A stretch of DNA of 64,000 nucleotides from Chitinophagales bacterium (GTDB lineage Bacteria > Bacteroidota > Bacteroidia > Chitinophagales > JABDMM01), in NCBI GenBank assembly GCA_013001465.1, contig JABDMM010000029.1, positions 11,385-75,384 of the forward strand. The letters run 5' to 3'. The notes beneath the pieces were generated by a model, which saw only the letters and a program-made list of their open reading frames with translations, ran no database searches and was not told the DNA's origin. The translations under genes and the position numbers were made by a program. Within the stretch, counting starts at the first letter, position 1; the number at the start of each line of letters is the position of its first letter. Of the stretch, positions 9,152-18,706 are shown piece by piece.

Positions 9152-10084
9152 ACTATATCTATAATCGAAAGCTGGTATATAATTATAAATCCCAGAGCAG
9201 GACAGGGGAAAGGAAAAAAACGATGGATCAGCCTTGAAAAGTCGCTTATTGAAAAAGGCATTTCTTATTCGAGCTCATATACTGAATATAAAGGCCAGTC
9301 TTCTTTTATCGTTCGACAAGCAGTCGAACAAGGGTTTAGAAAATTTATTTGCATCGGAGGTGATGGATCTTTTCATCATTTGGTTAATGGATTATCTAAT
9401 TCTAACATCCCTGCAACAGAAGTTGAGTTACTTATTGTTTCGGCAGGTACAGGAAACGATTTTGCAAGAAATTATAACATGCCCAGGGGAAATGAAATTC
9501 TCGATCTGATCGATAATGGTGACCGGCATATTCAGGATCTCGGAACAGTAACATACCAAGTAGATGGAGAAAACCAGAAATCTTTCTTTCACAACTTTGC
9601 CGGAGCTGGATTTGATTCCTATGTCATCAAGAATAATAGTAACCTGAAGTGGCTTGGAGCTTCCTCATACATGTTCTCGATCTTCACCTCCTTCCTTTCA
9701 TACAGCAATAAGCACTGTTTGATAAATGCCGGTGGTGACATTATAGAAGGAAAAATTTATATGATGCTAGCAAGTGTAGGAACCTACTGTGGTGGTGGTA
9801 TGAGAATAAACAAAAATGCTGTTACAGATGATGGCTTGTTAGACCTGCTTATTGCAAGAGACATCAATAAACTAGATGTAGCTCTAAATGTATCTTCTCT
9901 TTATAATGGTTCTATCTCAAGTCACCCAAAAGTATATACCAGACAAGTTGAACAGCTTTCGATCATTCCAAAAGATATTCTATCGGTAGAAGCTGATGGA
10001 GAATTGCTGGGTATAGCTCCTTCTGAAATTAAGATCGTTCCGAAAGCGTTAAAAGTTCTTATCCCCAGAGACTTTCGATCTTAG
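9152..10084 (+). CDS. YegS/DAGK-family lipid kinase (open frame; true start unresolved)
   Basis: A continuous frame from 9152 encodes ..SWYIIINPRAGQGKGKKRW...FICIGGDGSFHHLVNG...SAGTGNDFAR, the diacylglycerol-kinase catalytic domain. The first ATG/GTG/TTG in frame is TTG at 9380, downstream of the GGDG motif. The track therefore shows only 9380..10084. Confidence 0.75.
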   Translation, partial: TISIIESWYIIINPRAGQGKGKKRWISLEKSLIEKGISYSSSYTEYKGQSSFIVRQAVEQGFRKFICIGGDGSFHHLVNGLSNSNIPATEVELLIVSAGTGNDFARNYNMPRGNEILDLIDNGDRHIQDLGTVTYQVDGENQKSFFHNFAGAGFDSYVIKNNSNLKWLGASSYMFSIFTSFLSYSNKHCLINAGGDIIEGKIYMMLASVGTYCGGGMRINKNAVTDDGLLDLLIARDINKLDVALNVSSLYNGSISSHPKVYTRQVEQLSIIPKDILSVEADGELLGIAPSEIKIVPKALKVLIPRDFRS

Positions 10085-10085
10085 G

Positions 10086-10778
10086 CTAGATCACTTTTAT
10101 CAACTCCTGCCAAACCTTGTCTTTGGAAGGAGGGTCAGCTTTAATCTCTATTTCTAAATTGCTAACCGGATGAGTAAATGAAAGTTTGCGAGCATGCAAG
10201 TGAATAGAACCATCTGCATTACTCCTGCTAAAACCATATTTTAAATCTCCTTTGATTGGTTTACCTATTGAAGATAGTTGGACACGGATCTGATGATGTC
10301 TGCCTGTCTTCGGCTCTATTTCTAACAATGAATAATTGTCGATCATGCCTAATACACGATAACTCAAGGAGGCTTGCTTTGTGAACGGCATTTCCTTGTT
10401 GAAAGCTTTCGACTTATTCGCTTTCTGATCTTTTTTTAAATAGTTTGTAATGGTCATCTCCTGTTCTTCAGGAATACCTTTCACAACTGCCCAATACGTT
10501 TTTCTTACCATCCTTTCCTTGAACAAGTTATTCATACGCTGAAGCGCTTTTGAAGTCTTCGCTAAAACAACAACACCGCTGGTTGGTCGGTCTAACCTGT
10601 GAATCAAGCCACAAAAAACATTACCCTTCTTGTCATACTTTACCCGTAGGTATTCTTTCACAAGATCTACAAGATGCACATCTCCAGTTATGTCACCTTG
10701 AACCAATATTGTCGCCGGCTTATTAACTGCTATCAGATGATTGTCTTCATACAGAATATCTAACTCATGCATTTTCAT
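10086..10778 (-). CDS. RluA-family pseudouridine synthase
   Basis: Motifs HRLDRPTSGVVVLAKT and ILYEDNHLIAVNKPA. The track start (TTG at 10817) overlaps the upstream gene by 53 nt, so ATG at 10778 is preferred. Confidence 0.85.
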   Translation of the reverse strand: MKMHELDILYEDNHLIAVNKPATILVQGDITGDVHLVDLVKEYLRVKYDKKGNVFCGLIHRLDRPTSGVVVLAKTSKALQRMNNLFKERMVRKTYWAVVKGIPEEQEMTITNYLKKDQKANKSKAFNKEMPFTKQASLSYRVLGMIDNYSLLEIEPKTGRHHQIRVQLSSIGKPIKGDLKYGFSRSNADGSIHLHARKLSFTHPVSNLEIEIKADPPSKDKVWQELIKVI

Positions 10779-11829
10779 ATTTTTCTTGATATCTGCCAAT
10801 GTCAACTTCTCTATCAATAGGTTTACCTTCTGTTAAATGTAACAACAGTTTATTAGCGAAATAGGGTGCCAGGGAATAACCTTTCGTTCCCATGCCATTA
10901 AAGATGTACAGGTTTTTAAATTGTGGATGCTGCCCAAGAAATGGCCTTCTGTCTTTCACGGTTGGTCGTATGCCCACATAATGCCCTTTGACTTCATAAG
11001 GTACCTTGACCAAAGTGTTAAGATCCTGAATTAATCTATTGTACATTTTAGAAGTCGGGTGCAAAGTGCTGTCGTTTAATTCAGAAGTAGCTCCAATATA
11101 ATATAGATCATCGCCAAGAGGGACAACCGAGATCTTTGAACTTAAAATATTCCTGAGACCTAAGTCAGCTGCATGTACATGTAAACATTCCCCTTTCGTG
11201 ATCGCAAATGGAAGAAAATCAAAAAGTGAATTCTTTGATGCTCGGTAACCCTGACAGAAAATTGCTTTACTTGCCTGAATACCCTTCCATTGGACAGCGT
11301 TGTTTTTAAAAGATAGATCGCATTCACTAAACTCTTCAGAAATAAGAAATTCTTTTAACTCAAGATAGGATCTCCAGCTGGATAAAAATTTGTGACTATC
11401 TATTCGAGCGGCATTGTCGATATGAAAGCATCCGAAAGGTAAGTTGAATTTGCTTTCATCCATATAATAGAGTTCATCACTAGCCAGGAATGGCTGATAA
11501 TATCCTGTTTTTGCTTTGGCACTCCACTCGTTAAGGTCCTGATTGGAGTGTAGCGCTTTGAAAATTTTTTCTTTACTATAAAATTTTGCGTCACATACTT
11601 TCTCTATTGCTGAATAGTGTTCATCAGCAAAGCTTACGAGCTCGTCAGCTAACCATGTTTTTACAAATCTTCTTCCTGTGATCGGGTTGATGATTCCCGA
11701 CGCAATAGCAGAAGCATTCCAGTATTCGGATTTGTCGATAATTCTAAACGAAGCACCCGCTAAATGGAGAAAGTAAGTAAGCCAACTTCCGGCAATTCCC
11801 TGACCAATTACCAAAAAATCAACTTTCAT
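10765..11829 (-). CDS. FAD-dependent oxidoreductase (DAO family)
   Basis: 354 aa with an N-terminal Rossmann motif, DFLVIGQGIAGS. Confidence 0.8.
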   Translation of the reverse strand: MKVDFLVIGQGIAGSWLTYFLHLAGASFRIIDKSEYWNASAIASGIINPITGRRFVKTWLADELVSFADEHYSAIEKVCDAKFYSKEKIFKALHSNQDLNEWSAKAKTGYYQPFLASDELYYMDESKFNLPFGCFHIDNAARIDSHKFLSSWRSYLELKEFLISEEFSECDLSFKNNAVQWKGIQASKAIFCQGYRASKNSLFDFLPFAITKGECLHVHAADLGLRNILSSKISVVPLGDDLYYIGATSELNDSTLHPTSKMYNRLIQDLNTLVKVPYEVKGHYVGIRPTVKDRRPFLGQHPQFKNLYIFNGMGTKGYSLAPYFANKLLLHLTEGKPIDREVDIGRYQEKYENA

Positions 11830-12185
11830 AGTGATTCTAATTCGATTTTTAGTTTTTTTGGCAAACTCGCTATAATCAGGGTGTAGGAGTCATCTATCCA
11901 TTTTCGGAGAATAGGATCCTTAATTGTAGAAGGTTCAAACACTACTGTATTCCATAACTTCTTGTTCATATGATATCCAGGGGTAACCTCTTCATATCTT
12001 TCCCTTAGTTCTTCAGCATAATCAGGATCGCATTTCAGATTAACTCGGAAAGGATAATTATCAAGGCCTGTGAGAGCAAACATCTTGCCCATGACTTTAA
12101 ATACTAAAGTGTCCGGACCAAATGGGAATTCTTCGGTTACACCTTTCTTTTCAATACAGTATTCGCGAAAAGATTCAATATCCAT
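11826..12185 (-). CDS. MmcQ/YjbR-family protein
   Basis: 119 aa. The start, FREYCIEKKGVTEEFPFGPDTLVFKVMGKMFA, is typical of YjbR. Confidence 0.75.
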   Translation of the reverse strand: MDIESFREYCIEKKGVTEEFPFGPDTLVFKVMGKMFALTGLDNYPFRVNLKCDPDYAEELRERYEEVTPGYHMNKKLWNTVVFEPSTIKDPILRKWIDDSYTLIIASLPKKLKIELESL

Positions 12186-12691
12186 TACTGTTTAATATAT
12201 GTAACAACACATTGGTGAAACTGACCCGCTTGGGTATACTCCAATTCAATCTCAATTCGCGGTGGAAAAAAATTTTCATCATAATTACCAATGCCGTAAA
12301 CATTTTGCAGAAGACCCTGGCTAAAAGAGATCTCTATCAAGTTTCCCTTATTCTGAGGATTGGTAAAAATTTGTGCTGGCGCAGTAATGCCCTGACCAAG
12401 AAAATTCGAAATCGACAAGCTGTTTAGATTAAAACCATCCCAACTGATATAGGAATTATAAGATCCTGATGATGATGGAGGCGAACAATTTTCGTTTACA
12501 AAGTAATTGCCAACATATTTCTCATAGGATAACTGCTGACAATTATCACCCTCATATCCGTCGATACAAAAACAAGTTCCTTGATTACAATTCTCGTTAA
12601 TGCCGCAAATTACATCCTCGCAACTCCGGTTATCACATGAAAACAAGAATAAACCGAATGCGATCAAGATCAGTGAAAGAAATCTTTTCAT
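12185..12691 (-). CDS. Lipoprotein with an EGF-like cysteine-rich module
   Basis: 168 aa. Lipobox LFLFSC followed by CEDVICGINENCNQGTCFCIDGYEGDNCQQ. Confidence 0.5.
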   Translation of the reverse strand: MKRFLSLILIAFGLFLFSCDNRSCEDVICGINENCNQGTCFCIDGYEGDNCQQLSYEKYVGNYFVNENCSPPSSSGSYNSYISWDGFNLNSLSISNFLGQGITAPAQIFTNPQNKGNLIEISFSQGLLQNVYGIGNYDENFFPPRIEIELEYTQAGQFHQCVVTYIKQ

Positions 12692-12819
12692 TTATGAATA
12701 GTTTTAGAGTATGAATCGTATCAATAATGGTAAATTTCGTAAGAATACTTGCATTATTAAAGAGCTTTTGAGCTTTCATCAAGTTTTTTCTAAATTAAAC
12801 ACCTAAATATTGCACAGAA

Positions 12820-13362
12820 ATGAATGACGAAAAATTATTGGGAACCGGATCGAAAGTAGATCATCCAAAATTTGGTTTAGGAATTGTCGTTGAGTTAAAC
12901 GATCCCTATTACAAAATCTATTTTGCAAGAGAAGGGACAACCAAATCGATAGATATGAGTTTCGATGGGTTAGATATTATCGAAGCAAAGGAGCCTGAAC
13001 AGCGTCCTTTTGAGCTAGAAGATATTGAAAATGCTATCAACAGAGCAGTTGCGAAATATATCGATCCTCCTACGATTGTTCCTTTAGGAAGCAAGTGGGC
13101 TGGCGGCAGTATGGTTTTACATCCGGGAGAAGATGGATTACAATCAAAAGAAATTCCTATCGAAACATTTTTTCATAAAATTGTAATGGTAAGGGATCGT
13201 CTACGTGTTTTAGAGCAAAATATCAATAGTAGTAAAAAACTCGATGACGAAGACAAAGTGAATCTACAACAGTACATAACTCGCATATACGGCTCACTTA
13301 CAACGTTTAATGTACTTTTCAGCAATAAAGAATACTACTTTAAAGGGGAAGGGAGAAAATAA
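12820..13362 (+). CDS. Hypothetical protein
   Basis: A 180-aa ORF in an otherwise empty interval. No motif recognised. Confidence 0.5.
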   Translation: MNDEKLLGTGSKVDHPKFGLGIVVELNDPYYKIYFAREGTTKSIDMSFDGLDIIEAKEPEQRPFELEDIENAINRAVAKYIDPPTIVPLGSKWAGGSMVLHPGEDGLQSKEIPIETFFHKIVMVRDRLRVLEQNINSSKKLDDEDKVNLQQYITRIYGSLTTFNVLFSNKEYYFKGEGRK

Positions 13363-13539
13363 AATCAACATTTTATTGGGGAAATTTCATGGATAACTAC
13401 TAAGTTAGATTTACCAATTATCCTATAAAATTTTAGAGTTTTACCAAATACCCGCATCTAATCCCGTCATTATAGTTAAAAACGTATTGATTTTATCTAT
13501 AATAAGTATTATTTTATTTACACTATACCAATCAGAATT

Positions 13540-16485
13540 ATGCACTTTATCACTCGCACATGTATTGCTGTTGTAGCAATACTTTTCTTTTCTTTTTCAA
13601 GTATCGCCTCAGATTCCTATGTCAGAGGAGAACTTCTAATTCAACTTTCACCGGGAGCACAGATCGACAAGGTTAAGAGATCCTTTCTTAAGTATCAGGT
13701 ACAGCCGGTTCAGCCTATTTCTCCTCATATGCGGATTTGGTTAGTTCGCTTTGATACACTCGCTATAAATGAACATGCGATTATTAGAGAATTGTATGAG
13801 CATCCCTTAATCGATATTGCACAGGTAAATCACAAAATATCACTCCGTTCTACAATACCAAATGATCCTAACTTTGCGAGTCAATGGCAGCACTTAAATT
13901 CAGGAACAAGTGGAGGTATAGCCGATGCTGATATAGACAGCGACGAAGCCTGGGATATTACAACCGGAGGTAACACCTCTGGTGGAGATGAAATCGTAGT
14001 TTGTGTCATTGAGGGAGCAGATCTTACTCATCCGGATCTTGCCGGGAATGCATGGTTCAATACCGCTGAGATTCCGGGAAATAGTATCGATGATGATGGT
14101 AACGGATACGTTGATGACTATCAAGGATGGAATGTATCTTCAAACGATGACAATGTGTATTCTGGAAGTCATGGAACGCAAGTAGCAGGAATGATCGGTG
14201 CAAAAGGTAACAATAACACCGGGGTAAGTGGTGCAAACTGGAATGTAAAGATCATGGTAGTTGCAGGTCATTCAGCTTCAACTGAAGCATCGGTGATAGC
14301 TGCGTACAGCTATCCCTGGTTCATGAGAAAGAAATACAATCAAACAAATGGTAATAGTGGTGCATTTGTTGTTGCAACAAATGCTTCGTGGGGAATTGAT
14401 GGCGGAGATCCGGCGTCTGCTCCATTATGGTGCTCTTTTTATGATTCACTAGGAGAAGTTGGAATACTGAACTGCGGTGCAACTGCAAACAATTCCGTTG
14501 ATGTGGATGTTGTCGGAGACCTTCCAACTGCATGCCCCAGTGATTTTATGGTATCCGTTACTGCGACAAACAATTCGGACATGAGAACCTTTTCTGCTTA
14601 TGGTCAGACAACGATCGATGTAGGAGCTCCGGGAGCAAGTATTTATACTACTTCAGCAGGTGGTGGATATGGAACAACGAGTGGAACTTCATTTGCAAGC
14701 CCACTTACAGCTGGAGTCATAGGGTTGTTATACTCAGTCCCTTGTCCGGCATTAAGTCTACTGATCGATTCTGACCCTAGAGGTGCTGCTCTTGCAGTGC
14801 GAAGTGCATTGTTTGCAGGAGTAGATATCGTTGGAAATTTACCTGGGAACACAGTTACGGGTGGTAGGATCAATGCATTTAACAGTATAAACATACTGAT
14901 GAATAATTTCGGCTGTGGTGGATTGCCAATATGTTCAACACCCTCCGGGTTGAATGCGACATCTATTGGAATGTCAAACGCTACTTTAAATTGGAATAGC
15001 TCTACCATGGCGCTTTATTATCAGGTAGAATTTAGAGAAGCTGGTTCTTCAAGCTGGTTTTCCGACACGACTTCAAGTTTAAGCTACGGCATAAGCGGCT
15101 TGCAGTCATGCACATCTTACGAATTTCGTATAACTGCCTTCTGCGATTCTTTGAGCTCTATAACAAGTCCTTCCACAAGTTTTAATACTGGTGGATGCGC
15201 TAATTGTATTGGTGCCCCATATTGTACTTCAATAAGTAACAACGCGAGTGAAGAATGGATCTCGAATGTAGCCGTTGGCTCATTAAGTAATCCAAGTAGC
15301 AACTTGAATGGCGGATATTCGGATTTCACAAACCTCACGATCAATCTTACAAGAGGGAGTTCTTATCCTATATCAGTAACTCCAGCATTTTCCGCTTCAA
15401 ACTTTACAGAGTATTTCAGAGTCTGGATCGATTTTAATCAAGATGGAGACTTTGATGATGCAAACGAATTGGTTTTCGATCCGGGAGTTGGTGGTTCTGC
15501 CCAAGTCAATGGAGTGATATCCATTCCTTCAAATGCTGCCATAGGTTCATGCAGAATGAGGGTTTCGATGAAATGGAATGCCGTTCCAAGCAGCTGTGAA
15601 AGTTTTTCTTATGGTGAAGTAGAGGATTATTGTGTGATGATTCTGGACTCAGAATCCTGCGATGCCCCCAACTCAAACTATACAACAAATGTACTTTATG
15701 GATCGGCTACATTAAATTGGGACCTTGTATTGGGCGCCGTTGGTTATACTATTCGAGGTAGACAAGTTGGAACTTCTGCATTTGTCACATTGAATATTTC
15801 TTCAGGCACAACCACCACTTATAATGCATCCGGACTGGCATCAAATACCTCATACGAATGGCAAGTCAGAGCTAATTGTGATAACTCGGGAAGTGTTGTT
15901 TCACCCTGGACATCATTCACATCGTTCACCACACTTGAATGTGCAACTCCTGCTAACCTTAGCACCAGTAATATAAACAACAGTTCCGCACGCTTGAACT
16001 GGAATACCGTTGCCGGAGCTATAGGTTATAAAATTCAGGGGCGCGTTGTAGGTACAAGCGGTCTGGTCTCCATTAACGTGGCTGGTAATTCTTCATCTCA
16101 TTATGATGCTTTTGGATTAAGTTCTAATACCTCTTATGAATGGAGAATTCAATCGAATTGCCCGGGAGCAAAATCACCATATTCTGCCTTCAATACATTC
16201 ACGACCGTAGGCTTACAATCAACGAGCAAAGTGTCTGTAACTGGAAACGATGCAAAGATCTACCCTAATCCTGCTTCAGGAATAGTATTAATTGAGCTGA
16301 GTGAACTGTTTGATTTACCAGCGTCAACAATATCAGTATTTGATGGTACTGGAAAAGAAGTTTATTCGGCACGATCAAATTATCCAGTGCATACTTTGGA
16401 TGTAAGTGAATTTAGTGCGGGTGTCTATCAAGTTCTGATCCAGAATAAAGATATTCAATTCAGGAATAGATTAGTAGTTTACTGA
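13540..16485 (+). CDS. Secreted S8 (subtilisin-family) peptidase with FN3-like domains, GEVED domain and T9SS C-terminal sorting domain
   Basis: 981 aa with a signal peptide. S8 His (GSHGTQVAG) and Ser (GTSFASPLTAG) motifs, SYGEVEDYCV, three FN3-like modules, and a C-terminal KIYPNPASG...LVVY T9SS CTD (about 16255-16482). Confidence 0.9.
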   Translation: MHFITRTCIAVVAILFFSFSSIASDSYVRGELLIQLSPGAQIDKVKRSFLKYQVQPVQPISPHMRIWLVRFDTLAINEHAIIRELYEHPLIDIAQVNHKISLRSTIPNDPNFASQWQHLNSGTSGGIADADIDSDEAWDITTGGNTSGGDEIVVCVIEGADLTHPDLAGNAWFNTAEIPGNSIDDDGNGYVDDYQGWNVSSNDDNVYSGSHGTQVAGMIGAKGNNNTGVSGANWNVKIMVVAGHSASTEASVIAAYSYPWFMRKKYNQTNGNSGAFVVATNASWGIDGGDPASAPLWCSFYDSLGEVGILNCGATANNSVDVDVVGDLPTACPSDFMVSVTATNNSDMRTFSAYGQTTIDVGAPGASIYTTSAGGGYGTTSGTSFASPLTAGVIGLLYSVPCPALSLLIDSDPRGAALAVRSALFAGVDIVGNLPGNTVTGGRINAFNSINILMNNFGCGGLPICSTPSGLNATSIGMSNATLNWNSSTMALYYQVEFREAGSSSWFSDTTSSLSYGISGLQSCTSYEFRITAFCDSLSSITSPSTSFNTGGCANCIGAPYCTSISNNASEEWISNVAVGSLSNPSSNLNGGYSDFTNLTINLTRGSSYPISVTPAFSASNFTEYFRVWIDFNQDGDFDDANELVFDPGVGGSAQVNGVISIPSNAAIGSCRMRVSMKWNAVPSSCESFSYGEVEDYCVMILDSESCDAPNSNYTTNVLYGSATLNWDLVLGAVGYTIRGRQVGTSAFVTLNISSGTTTTYNASGLASNTSYEWQVRANCDNSGSVVSPWTSFTSFTTLECATPANLSTSNINNSSARLNWNTVAGAIGYKIQGRVVGTSGLVSINVAGNSSSHYDAFGLSSNTSYEWRIQSNCPGAKSPYSAFNTFTTVGLQSTSKVSVTGNDAKIYPNPASGIVLIELSELFDLPASTISVFDGTGKEVYSARSNYPVHTLDVSEFSAGVYQVLIQNKDIQFRNRLVVY
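15658..16215 (+). repeat. Tandem duplicated FN3-like coding modules inside the S8 peptidase
   Basis: Two adjacent modules of about 95 aa share ..A(T/R)LNW(D/N)xVxGA(V/I)GYxIxGRxVGTS...NTSYEW(Q/R)(V/I)(R/Q)(A/S)NC... (15658-15942 and 15943-16215). A more diverged copy lies at about 14932-15190. Confidence 0.6.
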
Positions 16486-18171
16486 TCAGACCTTTATTTG
16501 GTTTAACTCATTTCTGATTTCATTAGCTAACCTCTCTACGATTCCTTCCTTAAACGGTGATTCGAGTTTGGCTAGTTTAACAAGTTCAAGAAATGAGCGG
16601 CTTCCACCCGCTTCACATAAAGTAAGGTAATCTTGCCATGCAGTTTTATAATCATCCTTCATCTTTAGCCAAAATTGAAAGGCGCATATCTGGGCAAGAG
16701 TATAATCTATGTAATAAAACGGAGTGCTATAAATATGCAGTTGTCGCTGCCAATAACCACCGTTCTCGAGATATTCATTGCCTTCGTAATTCTTGGAAGG
16801 GGTATATTTTTTCTCCAGTTCACGCCACTTTGCATTCCTTTCATCCGGAGTCATATCCGGATTGAGATAAACCTCATGCTGAAATTCATCGACAGTTGCA
16901 CCATATGGAAGAAATAGTAAACTTCCAGCCAGATGATCGAATTTGTACTTGTCCGTCTCTTCTTTAAAGAATAGATGCATCCATGGCCAGGTAAAAAATT
17001 CCATACTCATTGAGTGAATTTCGCAAGCTTCGTATGTAGGCCAGTGATATTCCTGAACTTCGAGGTTTCTAGATGAATAAACCTGAAAAGCATGCCCGGC
17101 TTCATGGGTAAGAACATCAATATCATGAGAGGTGCCATTAAAATTGGAAAAAATAAAAGGTGACTTGTAATTATTGATGAAGGTGCAATAACCACCTGCC
17201 GCTTTTCCTTTCTTGTTGACCAGGTCCATCATCTCATGTTCTCTCATGAAACTAAAAAACTCTCTGGTTTCTTCTGAAAGTTCAGAATACATCTTCATGC
17301 CATTCTCTATAATCCAATCCGGTTCCCCTTTTGGTTTAGGATTGCCGTTTTTGAAAGCGAGAGGAAGATCATAGTACATCAGTTTATCTAAACCAAGTCT
17401 CTTTTCCTGAGCTTCTCTCAATTTGACACAGATCGGTACTATATGTTTTTGGATATTCTCTCGAAACTTTGCCACCATTTCCATATTGTAGTCGGATCTT
17501 AACATTCTCTTATATCCCAGCTCGACAAAATTGTTGTATCCTAACTTCTGTGCAATTCTATGCCGTGTCTTAACCAATTTATCAAATAGCTCGTCAAGTT
17601 TCTCCTTGTTATCTGCCAAAAATTTGAATTTTGCTTCCGATGCTTTCCTTCGAACTTCCCTATCCGTGGATTGGGTAAAAGGTTCGATCCCACTCAAATT
17701 ATAAACCTCACCATTAAATTCAATTTTAGCTGAAGCGATAAGGTTTGTATACTCAGTAGATAGTCTATTCTCTTTAGTTAGGTCATCAATAATCTCTGGT
17801 TCGAAAGTCTTTACCATAAGTTCAGCAATCGTAAATAACTGGTCGCCAAACTTATCTATGAGCCTTGCTTTGTGAGGAGATGCATTGATAGCTCTGTAAA
17901 AATTGTTTTCGAGATCTTCATAATGCGGCATTATCTCATCGAAATAATTTTGCTCTTTCTCATATTGCTCATCCTCTGTGTTAATAGAGTGTCTTACGCT
18001 GGCAATAGATTCATGAGTCCTGAAGTCGTTTCTTAACTCATTTATCTTGTAAAGAATTTCTGACTGCTGCTCAAAAGACTCTGCACTTCGAAAGCTTGCA
18101 GTCAAGTTGCTGTATTCTTTCTTTACAAGCTCTATGTCTGGTCTTTTATATTCTAATTCTGGAAATTTCAT
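16486..18171 (-). CDS. M3-family oligoendopeptidase (PepF-like)
   Basis: 561 aa with the zinc motif HEAGHAFQ and overall PepF-like sequence. Confidence 0.85.
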   Translation of the reverse strand: MKFPELEYKRPDIELVKKEYSNLTASFRSAESFEQQSEILYKINELRNDFRTHESIASVRHSINTEDEQYEKEQNYFDEIMPHYEDLENNFYRAINASPHKARLIDKFGDQLFTIAELMVKTFEPEIIDDLTKENRLSTEYTNLIASAKIEFNGEVYNLSGIEPFTQSTDREVRRKASEAKFKFLADNKEKLDELFDKLVKTRHRIAQKLGYNNFVELGYKRMLRSDYNMEMVAKFRENIQKHIVPICVKLREAQEKRLGLDKLMYYDLPLAFKNGNPKPKGEPDWIIENGMKMYSELSEETREFFSFMREHEMMDLVNKKGKAAGGYCTFINNYKSPFIFSNFNGTSHDIDVLTHEAGHAFQVYSSRNLEVQEYHWPTYEACEIHSMSMEFFTWPWMHLFFKEETDKYKFDHLAGSLLFLPYGATVDEFQHEVYLNPDMTPDERNAKWRELEKKYTPSKNYEGNEYLENGGYWQRQLHIYSTPFYYIDYTLAQICAFQFWLKMKDDYKTAWQDYLTLCEAGGSRSFLELVKLAKLESPFKEGIVERLANEIRNELNQIKV

Positions 18172-18181
18172 ATTGAATAAT

Positions 18182-18706
18182 TTATAGAATTCGTTTGATC
18201 CTTTTGGTGAAAAAGTTAACTATGATAACAATATTCAAAGCGATAACCAACACCAGGCTGCCTATCCCAATGATAAAAACTTCTCTGTAAAGATATTTCA
18301 AAAGTCTGGCTTCTTCACCAGCTGAGATTTCATCCTTTAAATGGTTTGCAAATGACTCTATTTCATAGGAATCCATAACTACCGAGAATTTTTGCAGGTT
18401 TGAAAGGATGAAAACAAACAAATGAATATTCAAGAGAAAAATAATGAGCTTAACCCATTTATTCCGAAAAATCAGAATGTCTTTAAAGAAAACACTATAT
18501 CGGAAATAGGTAATGAAAGTAAATATGATCAGAACATTAAACCAATAAAAAGTATAATGAATAGCTGATGTAACTGGCAATAATATGACGTAAGCTGATA
18601 AGACAGTAACCAGCCACCAAATAGCTTCTCTTAAATATTTTAATTTGTTATTAGACGGATGAAAGTCTGAAGTCAGTTTTTGGCTCATATCACTGGCAGC
18701 CTTCAA
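18182..18706 (-). CDS. Hypothetical 4-5 TM membrane protein
   Basis: 174 aa and hydrophobic. It overlaps the upstream kinase-like gene by 17 nt and lies 10 nt from the M3 peptidase gene. Confidence 0.5.
   Translation of the reverse strand: MKAASDMSQKLTSDFHPSNNKLKYLREAIWWLVTVLSAYVILLPVTSAIHYTFYWFNVLIIFTFITYFRYSVFFKDILIFRNKWVKLIIFLLNIHLFVFILSNLQKFSVVMDSYEIESFANHLKDEISAGEEARLLKYLYREVFIIGIGSLVLVIALNIVIIVNFFTKRIKRIL

Noticed and set aside
9234-9509. 91-aa ORF that, with 9380..10084, suggested a frameshifted lipid-kinase pseudogene
   Set aside because: Reading the kinase frame codon by codon shows it is continuously open from 9152 to 10084 with conserved motifs. The 9234 ORF is just an out-of-frame overlap. 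The real anomaly is the missing start codon, not a frameshift.
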